Positions 50,446-60,706 are shown, counted from the stretch's first letter. The stretch is 64,000 nucleotides of DNA from an uncultured Gemmatimonadales bacterium (GCA_963708135.1 OY970192.1:1792001-1856000); one strand, 5' to 3'. Translations and numbers: made by a program. Notes: generated by a model from the sequence alone, not told the origin.

Positions 50446-51054
50446 TTGAATACACATTTACCGCCTGGGCGGAATGCGGACATCAATCTTGTAAACAGCA
50501 GTTTGCAATAGCTGGCGTAGGTGGCGTCTCACCTGAACAGACTGAGGACGGGTTTGAGTGGGAGGACTACTTCGCACCTCAAATCTGCCAACCCATGCCA
50601 GATATGTTGGATTTTCCAAAAAAATGTCCGGACGAAGTCAAAGAAGAACTCCGAGCGGCATTTGGGCTCTTCTGGTCGCACCAAGCTGCCTGTGCTGGTC
50701 GGATTCGCGTTTCCCTTGAGTGCCTGATGAACCACTTAGGTTAGGCATACCAAAACGAAAGAAAGATAAGAACGGAAAATATTTTGACTTATCTTATCTC
50801 TCCATGCGCGCATTGATGTCTTTGCAAAAGCAGAGCCGAATGTAGGTTCACATCTAATGGCGCTGAAATGGTTAGGAAACGCTGGAAGTCACAATGGAGA
50901 AGTCAGGAAAGACGACTTGCTGGATGCGTTCGAAATTATGGAGCATGCGCTAGTTGAGATCATAGACAAGCGCTCGGCCAAAGTTGCTGCCCTAGCCAAA
51001 AAAATTACAAAAAAACATGGTCGATAGAAACTCTACCTTGTCACTCAACCGGAC

Positions 51055-51447
51055 GTGTCACTCGTCGCGGGGCATCTGGAGGCGCACGTCCCGCCAGGCA
51101 CGCGGCTCACCCTGGCCGGCGACAGCTACGGCGCGCGCGCGGCCTCCATCGCGCCCGATCATTTTGCACTGCAGGCCGCCGACGCGGCGCTCCACGCCGT
51201 CTACGGCGTGCACCCGCTCGTAGTGCGCTCGGGCGGCACGGTGCCCATCGCCGAGCTCTTTCAGCGGCATCTCGGGTTGGACACCGTGTTCTTTTCCTTC
51301 AGCACGGCCGACGAGGACTTCCACGCTCCCAACGAGTTCTTCCGCGTGCACCGGCTGCACGAAGGGCTCGAGGCGTGGGCGCGCTACTGGGAGATTCTAG
51401 GCGAGCGGGGATCCAGCTCGCCAGGAGCGCCACCCCGGGGCGGCTGA
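51055..51447 (+). pseudogene. M20-family dipeptidase, C-terminal fragment
   Basis: RSGGTVPI and DEDFHAPNEFF; no N-terminal region. Confidence 0.8.
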
Positions 51448-51467
51448 AGGTTGAAGGAGCACGGCGG

Positions 51468-52460
51468 CTATCGGCTGACGAACTTCAGGAGCTGGCGCCC
51501 TCCGGTGTCGGCCAGGTAGACGACGCTGTCGCCCTGCACCGCGAGTGCGTGCGCCGTCACGACGTTGGCGGCCGTGGCCGGAATGTGGTCCACCTCGCGG
51601 AGATCGCGGTCGAGCATCACCACGAGGTCCGCCCCACCTTTCACCGCGAGGTACAGGCGCCCGCTCTCGCTCACGGCCACGTCGAAGACGCGCCCGGCGC
51701 TCCGGCCCGGCCGCCCCTCGCGCGGCCACTCCCCCAGATACGTGCCCGTGGTGTCGAACACCTGCAGACGCGCGTTCTCCCGGTCGGCCACGTAGACGCG
51801 GTCGAGTCCGCCCACCGCGATGCCGTGGGGGACGTGGAACTCACCTGGGTCTGCCCCCTCGTGGCCCCACTCGCGCACGAAGGCGCCCGTCCGGTCGAAG
51901 CGTGCCACTCGCGCGTTGATGTAACCGTCGCTCACGTAGAACGAGCCGTCGGCGCAGACGAACACGTCCGTCGGCTGATCGAAGTGCGTCGCGTCCCACC
52001 CCGGCGCGCGCCGGTGGCCGATCGTGCGAACGGGTGCGCCGTCGTGCGAGAACTCGAGCACCTGCTGCCGGCCGACGTCGGTCAGCCAGACGTTGTCGTC
52101 GGCGTCAACCGTCAGCGAATGCGGCACGAGGAACATCCCGGCGCCCCAGGAGTGCAGCAGCGCTCCGGTGACCGCGTCGAGCTCGAGCACCGTCGGCGCG
52201 GTGATTGGCTGCGTGGCCGTCGGCTCGAAGCTTCGCCCCGCCCGGTGGAACAGCAGCACATGACCGTGCGAGTCCAGCGCCACGCCCGAGACTTCACCGA
52301 GGCGCAGGCCGGGGGCAAGGCGTGGCCAACCCTCCACGCGCTTCCAGCGGGAAGTCGGTGCGCCCGACGCTGCGTGGCCCGGCTGCGGCGGTCGCGTAGG
52401 GCCATGCGGCCCGAGGGCCAGACATCCGGCGAGCAGAAGAGCTTTGCGGCTGCCAGGCAT
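51468..52460 (-). CDS. NHL-repeat protein, peptidyl-alpha-hydroxyglycine alpha-amidating lyase-like
   Basis: PHSLTVD..NVWLTDV, FDQPTDV, SDGY.NAR, PHGIA and VADREN motifs. Confidence 0.85.
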   Translation of the reverse strand: MPGSRKALLLAGCLALGPHGPTRPPQPGHAASGAPTSRWKRVEGWPRLAPGLRLGEVSGVALDSHGHVLLFHRAGRSFEPTATQPITAPTVLELDAVTGALLHSWGAGMFLVPHSLTVDADDNVWLTDVGRQQVLEFSHDGAPVRTIGHRRAPGWDATHFDQPTDVFVCADGSFYVSDGYINARVARFDRTGAFVREWGHEGADPGEFHVPHGIAVGGLDRVYVADRENARLQVFDTTGTYLGEWPREGRPGRSAGRVFDVAVSESGRLYLAVKGGADLVVMLDRDLREVDHIPATAANVVTAHALAVQGDSVVYLADTGGRQLLKFVSR

Positions 52461-52563
52461 CGGTCAGAGTCTCCCTTGCAGTACGTCAACGACGGCGGGC
52501 GGCGCGCATTCGCGCTCGACCACGCAGGGATGGGCGTGATCCGCGTCCAGCTCTTCGGTCACG

Positions 52564-52745
52564 CTAGCGACTTCCCATTTCGAGTTTGCGGCGCAGCTCC
52601 TCACGCCAGTTGAGCGCGACCACGATGTCGCGGTCGCGCTGGGCCGCGTCGCGCACGACGACGAAGCCCTTGCCGTCCGGGCGCACATCGAACCCGCCCA
52701 GCAGGCAGCTGAGGTTCGCGAACCGGTCCGTGCCGGCAGCATTGT
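52564..52745 (-). pseudogene. C-terminal scrap of a kinase/TolB-like propeller protein
   Basis: FDVRPDGKGFVVV...IVVALNWREELRRK. Confidence 0.55.
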
Positions 52746-53033
52746 CAATATGGGCCGAACGACCTCGGTCGGAACAGGGCGTTCCTCCTTGCTTCGCTCG
52801 CCCCAGGCCGCGTCGCGTCAAATGCTGTGACCGGTACGGCGAGATCGTCACCGGGATCCTGACGGCCGCGCACGGTACCGCATGAGGAGGCAAGGATCAT
52901 TCGACCGGGAATCCGATGGCGGCGGTTCGGCTCGATCGCCAGGGCGCGCGCGCGGCTGCCCGCCGCAGCGCGATCTTGCACTGCGGTAATCACCATGGTA
53001 ATATGACCATGGACACCATTCGAGAGCTTTATT

Positions 53034-53345
53034 ATGGCGAAGAAGAAGATCTCGGAAGCAGCCGTGGCGCCCTTCGCGCCAACCGGGGCGCCGCACACCG
53101 TGCAGGCCAGCACGTTCAAGGCGACGTGTCTCGAATTGATGGACGAAATCGAAGCGAGCGGATTCGAGGTCGTCGTCACCAAGCACGGCCGCCCCGTGGT
53201 GAAGGTGGGACCGGTGGAGCCGAGCGTCCCTTCTCCGTTGGGGTTTCTGCGCGGGACCGTCGTGGATGAGGGAGACTTGGTGAGCCCCGACCACGACGCA
53301 TGGAGCGAGGCGGTGGCGGACCCGCTCCACACGGATCGGAAGTAG
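53034..53345 (+). CDS. Phd/YefM-family antitoxin
   Basis: ASTFKATCLELMDE...VVVTKHGRPVVK. Confidence 0.88.
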   Translation: MAKKKISEAAVAPFAPTGAPHTVQASTFKATCLELMDEIEASGFEVVVTKHGRPVVKVGPVEPSVPSPLGFLRGTVVDEGDLVSPDHDAWSEAVADPLHTDRK

Positions 53346-53776
53346 TGGCGACCGTGCGCGCGGTGCGCGAGCGGCCCCAGCGCCGGCCGCGGCGCGCGCG
53401 CGCACCAAAGCGCGTGGCGGGTTCGGTGCTCTGGCGCGCGGTGGAGGAACCGGAGCGCGAAGACGCCCTGCTCCTGGACACGCACGTGTGGCTGTGGACG
53501 CTCGCCGGCACCACGGAGCGACTGGCCGCGCAGGCGGTCGCGCTCGTGCAGTCAGCCGCGGCCGCCGGCCGCCTCTACGTGAGCGACATTTCCTTCTGGG
53601 AGGTGTCGCTCAAGGCATCGAAACGGAAGCTGACGCTGGTGATCGATCCCACCCTCTGGCTCGAGCGCGCCGCGCGGGCACCGGGCATTCGCGCGCTGCC
53701 GCTCGCGCGCGAGGTGCTGATCCAGAGCACGCGCCTTCCGGGCGCTATGCACGGCGATCCCGCCGACCGCATGCTC
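53345..53776 (+). pseudogene. vapC: VapC/PIN toxin, 3'-truncated
   Basis: LLDTHVWLW, SDISFWE and HGDPADRML, then an abrupt junction; the final 'LVT.D' motif is missing. Confidence 0.82.
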
Positions 53777-53860
53777 TGCAGTGGACATTGCGCGCGGAGG
53801 ATAAGGTAGGCGCCACCTACAGGCTCACGGACACGAATCCCGTCCGCAGACATTAGCGAA

Positions 53861-53893
53861 AGCCCCCCGACCAACGGTCGGGGGGTTTTTTTT
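53861..53893 (+). terminator. Rho-independent terminator
   Basis: ccccccgacc-aac-ggtcgggggg stem-loop followed by a T8 tract. Confidence 0.85.
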
Positions 53894-53905
53894 AAAAAAT
53901 ATTTT

Positions 53906-54811
53906 CAGTACTGTCCGGTTAAGCTGAGATGATGATGCCGTAACGGATTGCTACGTGGTGCGTTACGACGTTTTGGTTGCCGCACCGATTTGAACTTCGC
54001 TGCTGCGCCGCTATCCTGCCCGGACCCCCCGGCCGGAGTGGCGCATGAATCCCGGAAGCACGGTTTTCTCACAGGTGATGGCCCACGCATCTCGCTTCGC
54101 GCTCGATCGGTGCATCCGCCGCTACCACGGCAACCGGAGGGTCCGACGTTTCTCGTGTCGGGACCAGTTCCTCGCCATGGCCTTTGCCCAGCTCACCTAC
54201 CGGGAGAGCCTGCGGGACCTCGAGGCCACCCTCGGGGCGGCCCCCGAGAAGCTGTACCATCTTGGCTTCCGTTCGCCGCTCTCTCGCAGCACGCTCGCCG
54301 ATGCGAACGAGAATCGCGACTGGCGCATCTACGCCGATTTCGCTCAACGCCTGATCGCAGACGCGCGTCGGCTCTACGCCGACGACACGTTGGGGATCGA
54401 GCTCACGAACACCGTCTACGCGCTGGATTCCACCACGATCGACCTGTGTTTGGACCAACGACGTCGCGCTGCCCGCCGTTACCGTGGCCGAGCTCTACCG
54501 CCTGCGGTGGCAGATCGAGCTCTTCTTCAAATGGATCAAGCAGCACCTCAGGATCAAGCGCTTCTTCGGCACGAGCGCGAACGCTTTGCGCACGCAGATC
54601 TGGATCGCGATCAGCGTTTACGTCCTCGTCGCGATCGTCCGCAAGCGGCTCCGGATCGAGCGCGAACTCTACACAATTCTACAGATCCTGAGCGTCTATG
54701 CGTTCGAGAAAGCCCCTCTCGCACAAGTACTTACGCGTTCGGCCTACACCCCCGAAGTCCCCTCCGATCGTAACCAGTTGTCGCGCTTCAACTTATAACC
54801 GGACACTACTG
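53906..54811 (+). mobile_element. IS4 element, copy 2, with an internal deletion of about 416 bp
   Basis: Same ends as 25458-26779; 9-bp TSD aaatatttt; deletion junction near 54451. Confidence 0.95.
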
Positions 54812-54826
54812 AAATATTTTCTAAAT

Positions 54827-55507
54827 TTACTTTTCTTCCTCGCCTTTTTCTTTCTTTTCTTTCTTCTCTTCCTTTTCTTCGCCTTCCTCGCCTTCGGCTT
54901 CCTCTTTGCCTTCCTTCTTCACGCCCTCAACGGCTTCTTCGAGATCTACCTCGGTCGGCTGGGCCAATTCTGCTTCGAGCTCTTCTTCGGACTTCGGCGG
55001 CTGGACGGCGGCGACGGTCATCTCCGGATCATCCACCAGAATCTCCACCTTACTGTGGTCCACCGGCAAATCCTTGACGCGGATGGCGTCCTCGAAATTT
55101 TTCAAAGCCGAAATATCCACGACAATCTCCGAAGGCAGGTCGCCCGGCAAGCTCTCGACTTCGACTTCATAAAGAGTCGGCACGAAAGTGCCCTGCAGTT
55201 CTTTGACCGCCGGAGATTCGCCGACGAATTCGATCGGCACGGTGGCCGTCAGTTTTTCCGCCATATTCACCTGGTAAAAATCCACGTGCGTAATCTGGCC
55301 TCGGGTGATGTGCTTCTGAATGTCTTGGATCAAGACCTTGACCGGCTCGGTCTCCCCCACTTGCAGGCCGACGATAGTGCTCTCGCCGGCGTCACGATAG
55401 ATTTTTTCAAAATCACCCGCCGGCACGGACAAGGAACGCGCCTCGATCCCGTGCCCGTACAGAACCCCGGGGATATAGCCGGCGTGGCGAAGTCCTTTCG
55501 CTTTTTC
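54827..55507 (-). pseudogene. rplY: 50S ribosomal protein L25 (Ctc-type), 5'-truncated, foreign composition
   Basis: GYIPGVLYG, HVDFYQV, VPIEFVGESPAVK, LPGDLP and an acidic/Lys tail; no start codon. Confidence 0.9.
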
Positions 55508-55854
55508 TGGGCGCGCGCCGGCGGACCTGGCAGCGCCTCGGCGGACCCTCGCGCGTGCAGCACCGCCGAGCGGCCCTTGGTGGCGCCGGGCGGCCTCCTC
55601 AGTCCTGCGGCGCCATCGGCAGCTCGCGCACGTGCCGGCCCGTGAGCGCGAACCAGGCGTTGGTGAGCGCCGGGGCGGCGGGTGGGAGGCCCGGCTCGCC
55701 GACCCCCCCCGGGTCCTCGCGGCTGTCCACGATGTGCACGTCGATCTCGGGCGCCTCCAGTGGAGCCGGCGGGAGTCGAACCCGCACCAGATCCCCCACC
55801 CCCGGATCGCGATTCGCCAGTAACCGCAACAACTATGAGCGGTTTCGACCGTCG
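55508..55854 (+). repeat. Third copy of the IorB-fragment / tmRNA-end segment (matches 22542-22888)
   Basis: Near-identical sequence; contains the 25-bp tmRNA end at 55761-55785. Confidence 0.95.
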
Positions 55855-57707
55855 GGGTGTGGGCCGCCAGGTCCGGCGCTGACGGCCGGCGCGTTGTCCC
55901 GCTCCGCCATGGTGGTGCCCCGGGTCTCGTCGAACCCTTCGGGGCATGCCCACCGTCGCACGCCCCCGATCCGTTTGGGTCCCGCCGCAGGCACAGGCGC
56001 ACCGCCCAGGGCACTCCGCAACGCCACCCGCCCAGGCCGCCGTTTACCGCCGACGACGGCCCACGGCCACGCCCCTCTACCCCATCGTCCAGCACCACAT
56101 CGAGGGCTTCCTGGCCCGGGCCGCCGAAGCCGATCCCTGGGGCGAGGGCGTGGCCGGCTGGGTCGAGGCCGACTTCCGGGCCTACCTCCGCTGCGGCATC
56201 CTGGCCCACGGCTTCGCCCGCGTCCGCTGTGACGACTGCGCCGCCGAGCGCCTCGTCGCCTTCTCCTGCAAGGGCCGCGGCGTCTGCCCCTCCTGCAACG
56301 CCCGCCGGATGGTCGAGGTCGCCGCGCACCTGAACGACGCCGTCCTGCCGCCGCTCCCGATCCGCCAATGGGTCCTCTCCGTCCCGAAGCGGATCCGCCC
56401 CTTCTTCCACCACGATCCCGCCCTTGCCGGCGCCGTGCTCCGGATCCTGCTCCGGGCCGTCCGCACCCGCCTGCGTCACGGCAGTCCCGGTGCCGGCCCG
56501 GACGCGCAGATCGGCGCCGTCTCCTTCCTCCACCGCTTCGGCTCCGCCCTCAATCCCCACTTCCACTTCCACGTCGTGGTTCTCGATGGCGTCTTCACCG
56601 GGACCGTGGACGGCGAGGTCCGCTTCGATGAGGCGACCCACTTTTCCGCCGACGACGCCTCCGCCCTCACGCCCGTCCTCCAGCGCCGCATCCTGCGCCT
56701 CTTCCAACGCCGCGGCCTCCTCGAGGAGCACACGGTGAACGACATGCTCACCTGGCAGGGCACCGGCGGCTTCAGCCTCGACGCCTCCGTCCGCATCCAC
56801 GGCGCCGACCGGGCCGGCCGCGAGCGGCTCCTCCGCTACTGCGCCCGGCCGCCGTTTGCCCTCGATCGCCTGCGGATCGAGCGTCAGTCCGGAGGGCGGG
56901 CCGACGACGACGCGGGGGTCCGCCGCGTGTTCTACCGACCCTCCCGGCCCACCTCCGACGGACGCGCCCTCCTCGCCCTCTCACCCCTCGAGTTTCTGGA
57001 AGCACTTTCCCGACTGATCCCGCCGCCCCGGGTTCACCGCCACCGCTACCACGGCGTTCTCGCCCCCAACGCACGGCTCCGGCCCCACGTCGTCGCCCTC
57101 CAACGCGACGCAGAGGCCCACGCGGACGAAGCCCACGGCGAGGGGCCCGGGGTCCACACCTACAACGAGCCCGCTACCACCCTCACCGGCGCCGCCGCCC
57201 GCTCCCGCTGGGCCCAGCTCCTCGCCCGCATCTACGAGGTCTTCCCCCTCCGCTGCCCCGAGTGCGGCTCGCAGATGCGCATCATCGCTTTCCTCACCGA
57301 CCCCGCGCCCGTGGGCGCCATCCTCCGACATCTCGACCTGCCCCACACCACACCGCCGCTCTCCCCCGCACGCGCTCCACCCCAAGCCGCACTCGCGCTC
57401 GACGCCGAGCCCCTCGCACCCGCCGATGCCCTGCCCCGCGACGACTTCGACCAGACGCCCGCGTTCGATCCGGCTGACCCCGAGCCCCTACCCGAGCTCG
57501 ACCTCGACCAGACCCGCGGCGCCTGAACGGCCAGGTGCGCCCGGCAACCGCTACAGGCGCCAGGTCACACCCACATCCGATGCCGAATCGACCGGAACCT
57601 CCACCCAATCCCGCTCGCCCGCCCATCACCCCCACCCTTGACCCGGCGAAACCACCCCGCCTATCCTACCGAAAGCAGCCGAAACGGCGTTTGGATTTCC
57701 TATCCCT
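55855..57707 (+). mobile_element. ISCR element, copy 5
   Basis: Near-identical to the other copies; oriIS ends at 57707. Confidence 0.92.
55946..57526 (+). CDS. ISCR-type HUH transposase
   Basis: Same motifs as copy 1. Confidence 0.92.
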   Translation: MPTVARPRSVWVPPQAQAHRPGHSATPPAQAAVYRRRRPTATPLYPIVQHHIEGFLARAAEADPWGEGVAGWVEADFRAYLRCGILAHGFARVRCDDCAAERLVAFSCKGRGVCPSCNARRMVEVAAHLNDAVLPPLPIRQWVLSVPKRIRPFFHHDPALAGAVLRILLRAVRTRLRHGSPGAGPDAQIGAVSFLHRFGSALNPHFHFHVVVLDGVFTGTVDGEVRFDEATHFSADDASALTPVLQRRILRLFQRRGLLEEHTVNDMLTWQGTGGFSLDASVRIHGADRAGRERLLRYCARPPFALDRLRIERQSGGRADDDAGVRRVFYRPSRPTSDGRALLALSPLEFLEALSRLIPPPRVHRHRYHGVLAPNARLRPHVVALQRDAEAHADEAHGEGPGVHTYNEPATTLTGAAARSRWAQLLARIYEVFPLRCPECGSQMRIIAFLTDPAPVGAILRHLDLPHTTPPLSPARAPPQAALALDAEPLAPADALPRDDFDQTPAFDPADPEPLPELDLDQTRGA

Positions 57708-58069
57708 CCGGCTTCCTCCACATCGGGGCGTGGCAATCATCCGTTCACGCGAAGCCGCAAAGCGCCGAAGGCAGTACACCGGTGTGTTGGGAACCTGCGT
57801 ACCGACGGCCCGTCCTGTGGCATGGATCCCAGCCATACCCGCCGAGTTCGGTTTTCTAGGTTGCGGGATTCGCGCCTTCGGCCCGTGCTGCCTTCGCGTG
57901 AACCGAGTGGAAGGACGCCCCCGAAGCCCGCGGTTGGCCGAGGGATGTCGCTCCGCCTCCTCCGCCACTCCGCGCGAACCGCGGATGTGTGAAGCGGGAC
58001 GAAGCGGGAACATGGATGCGTGCGCCGCACGGTTGCATCCTTGGCGGGACCCACTTCCGGAGAATCTTC

Positions 58070-60706
58070 ATGATGCGCCACGCCTGCCGCCGGGTGCTCC
58101 TCCTCCTGCTCTCGAGCAGCATGTCCCTGGCCGCCCAGACCCCATCCTCCCCCCGCGTCCGCCTCTCGCTGAACGAAGGGTGGCGCTTCTTCGCGGGCGA
58201 CGTCGCCGGCGCGGACGCCCCGGCCTTCGACGATGCCGCCTGGGCTCGCGTGGACCTGCCCCACACCTGGAACGCGAGCGACGCCCTGCGCAAGGAGCCG
58301 GAGTACCGCCGGGGCGCCGGCTGGTACCGGCGTCGCCTGGAGGTCACGCCGGCGATGACGGGCAAGCGCCTGTTCCTCTACTTCGAGGGCGCGAACCAGG
58401 TCGCGGACGTGTGGGTGAACGGGAAGTCCGCCGGGCGACACGTGGGCGGATACACGGCCTTCGCCATGGACGTGACGGACCTCGTCGTCCCCGGCACGAA
58501 CGTCGTGGCGGTTCGCGTGGACAACTCCTTCGACCCGGACATCCCGCCGCTCAGCGCCGACTTCACCTTCTACGGCGGCCTCTACCGCAACGTCTGGCTG
58601 CTGGCGACGGATCCCCTTCACGTCACCGTCCTCGACCACGCGTCGCCGGGCGTCTTCGGCGACGTGCCGGCCCTGGCGTCCGGGCGCGCGGCGGTGCGCG
58701 TGCGCGGCACCATTGCGAACGACGGCGCGGCGAAGCGCACCGCCCGCGTGGTCACGCGCGTCGTGGACGGCGACGGCGGCGAGGTGGCGACGGCGTCCTT
58801 CGACGTCCCCGTCGGCCCCCGTGCGACGGCGGCCTTCCAGCGGACGCTGCCGCCGATCACGGCGCCCAGGCTGTGGTCGCCGGACGAGCCCAACCTGTAC
58901 ACGCTGCGCACGGAGGTCCTCGACGGTGCCCGCCTGGCCGACCGCGTGGACGCGCCGCTCGGGCTGCGCTGGTACGCGTGGGATGCGCAGAAGGGCTTCT
59001 CCCTCAACGGCAAGCCCTACCAGCTGCATGGCACGAACCGGCACCAGGACGTGCGCGGGCTGGGGAACGCGCTGCCGGACGCGCTGCAGCGCCGCGACGT
59101 CGCCCTGGTGAAGTCCACCGGCTTCGACTTCCTGCGCCTCGCCCACTACCCGCAGGCGCCCGCGGTGCTGGACGAGGCCGACCGGACCGGCGTCGCGCTC
59201 TGGGAGGAGATCCCGGTCGTCAACACGATCACCATGTCGGAGGCGTTCGCCGCCAACGCCGAGCGCATGGTGACCGAGATGGTGAAGCAGCACTACGACC
59301 ACCCGTCGGTGCTGTTCTGGGGCTACATGAACGAGATCATGCTCGTGCCCCCGAAGCCGATGCCGGCCGGGTACGTGGACGCCGTCGTCGCACTGGCGAA
59401 GCGGCTGAACGCGCGCGTGAAGGCGGAGGACACCACGCGCCCGACCGTCATGGCCGTGTTCGGGCACGACACCACTTCCGCGCTACACGCGGTGCCGGAC
59501 ATCCTCGGGCTGAACCTGTACTTCGGCTGGTATTACGGGGCGCTGCCGGACTTCGGCGCGTACGTGGACTCGCTGCACGCCGCCTACCCCGGCAAGCCGC
59601 TCATGATCAGCGAGTACGGCGCGGGCGACGACGAGCGCATCCACGCGGCGTCGCCCCGGCGGCTGGACTTCTCGACCGAGTACGAGCAACGCTACCACGA
59701 GGGGACGTTCCCCCAGGTCCTCGCCCGGCCGTGGCTGCTCGGCAGCGCGCTCTGGAACCAGTTCGACTTCGGCTCCTGGAACCGCAACGACGTGCAGCCA
59801 ATGGTCAACGACAAGGGACTCTTCTACTTCGATCGCCGGCCCAAGGATGTGGCCTACTACTACATGGCCCGCCTGCGACGCGACCCCGTCCTGCACATCG
59901 CCGTCCGCGACTGGCCGGCGCGCGCCGGCAGCACGCCCGCGGACCGGACGACCGAGGTGGTCGTGTACAGCAACGCGTCTTCCGCATCACTCGCGTTGGA
60001 TGGGACGGCGCTGGGCGAGCGGCCGGTCCAGAACGGCCGCGCTTCCTGGGAGGTGATCCTGCACGACGGCGAGAACCGGCTGGAGGCGCGTGCGAGCTTC
60101 CAGGGGCGGGAGCTCACGGACGCGGCGGTGGTGCGCTACCGGGATCGGAGCACCCTGTTCGCCAGGCCTGATGTTTCCCCCGCGACGGCGCCTGCTGCCG
60201 CCCCGTCGGCGCCGGGCACGGCGTTCCGCTTCCCGCCCGCCGCCGAGATCGCCGTCAACGTGGGCGCCACCTGGCAGTTCATCGACCGCGCCGGCGTCAC
60301 CTGGGAGCCGGATCGCGCATACACGCCCGGGAGTTGGGGCTGGGTCGGCGGCGGCGCCCCCGCCTCAACTAACCACCGCATCTACGACACGGCCGACGAT
60401 CCGCTCCTGCAGACCGCCCGCGAGGGCGCCGCCGCCTGGCGCTTCGACGTGCCCGACGGTCGCTACGAGGTCGAGCTGCGCTTCGTCGAGACGCTGCACG
60501 ACAACCCCGGGGAGCGCGTCTTCGACGTGGACGTGAACGGCCTCACTCTGGCCGAGAGGCTGGACCTCGCCGCGGTGCCCGGCCGCTGGCACGCGCGCAC
60601 GGTGGTGGTGGAGGTGGACGCCGCGGACGGGCACGGAATCGTGGCGAAGCTGAGCGCGCGGGCGGGGACGACGACCATCAGCGCGATCCGGGTGACGCGC
60701 CGCTGA
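58070..60706 (+). CDS. Glycoside hydrolase family 2 (beta-galactosidase-like) with a C-terminal malectin-like domain
   Basis: Signal peptide, LYFEGAN, YGGLYR, GTNRHQD, RLAHYPQ, YMNE, ISEYG and RVFDVDVNG. Confidence 0.92.
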   Translation: MMRHACRRVLLLLLSSSMSLAAQTPSSPRVRLSLNEGWRFFAGDVAGADAPAFDDAAWARVDLPHTWNASDALRKEPEYRRGAGWYRRRLEVTPAMTGKRLFLYFEGANQVADVWVNGKSAGRHVGGYTAFAMDVTDLVVPGTNVVAVRVDNSFDPDIPPLSADFTFYGGLYRNVWLLATDPLHVTVLDHASPGVFGDVPALASGRAAVRVRGTIANDGAAKRTARVVTRVVDGDGGEVATASFDVPVGPRATAAFQRTLPPITAPRLWSPDEPNLYTLRTEVLDGARLADRVDAPLGLRWYAWDAQKGFSLNGKPYQLHGTNRHQDVRGLGNALPDALQRRDVALVKSTGFDFLRLAHYPQAPAVLDEADRTGVALWEEIPVVNTITMSEAFAANAERMVTEMVKQHYDHPSVLFWGYMNEIMLVPPKPMPAGYVDAVVALAKRLNARVKAEDTTRPTVMAVFGHDTTSALHAVPDILGLNLYFGWYYGALPDFGAYVDSLHAAYPGKPLMISEYGAGDDERIHAASPRRLDFSTEYEQRYHEGTFPQVLARPWLLGSALWNQFDFGSWNRNDVQPMVNDKGLFYFDRRPKDVAYYYMARLRRDPVLHIAVRDWPARAGSTPADRTTEVVVYSNASSASLALDGTALGERPVQNGRASWEVILHDGENRLEARASFQGRELTDAAVVRYRDRSTLFARPDVSPATAPAAAPSAPGTAFRFPPAAEIAVNVGATWQFIDRAGVTWEPDRAYTPGSWGWVGGGAPASTNHRIYDTADDPLLQTAREGAAAWRFDVPDGRYEVELRFVETLHDNPGERVFDVDVNGLTLAERLDLAAVPGRWHARTVVVEVDAADGHGIVAKLSARAGTTTISAIRVTRR

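Larger units (their letters stand above)
46745..51027 (+). pseudogene. DUF4145 (HEPN-like) cassette gene interrupted by two IS1380 and two 5-bp duplications
   Basis: Reassembles to MKRSLW..CPVC..SHE|AWDPDWIE|YTF...RIRVSLE...LHARID...KWLGNAGSH...KKHGR*. Confidence 0.85.

Noticed and set aside
54827..56800. 657-aa ORF ending in L25
   Set aside because: The N-terminal part is the antisense shadow frame of the ISCR transposase; the in-frame join looks accidental and there is no nearby start or RBS.
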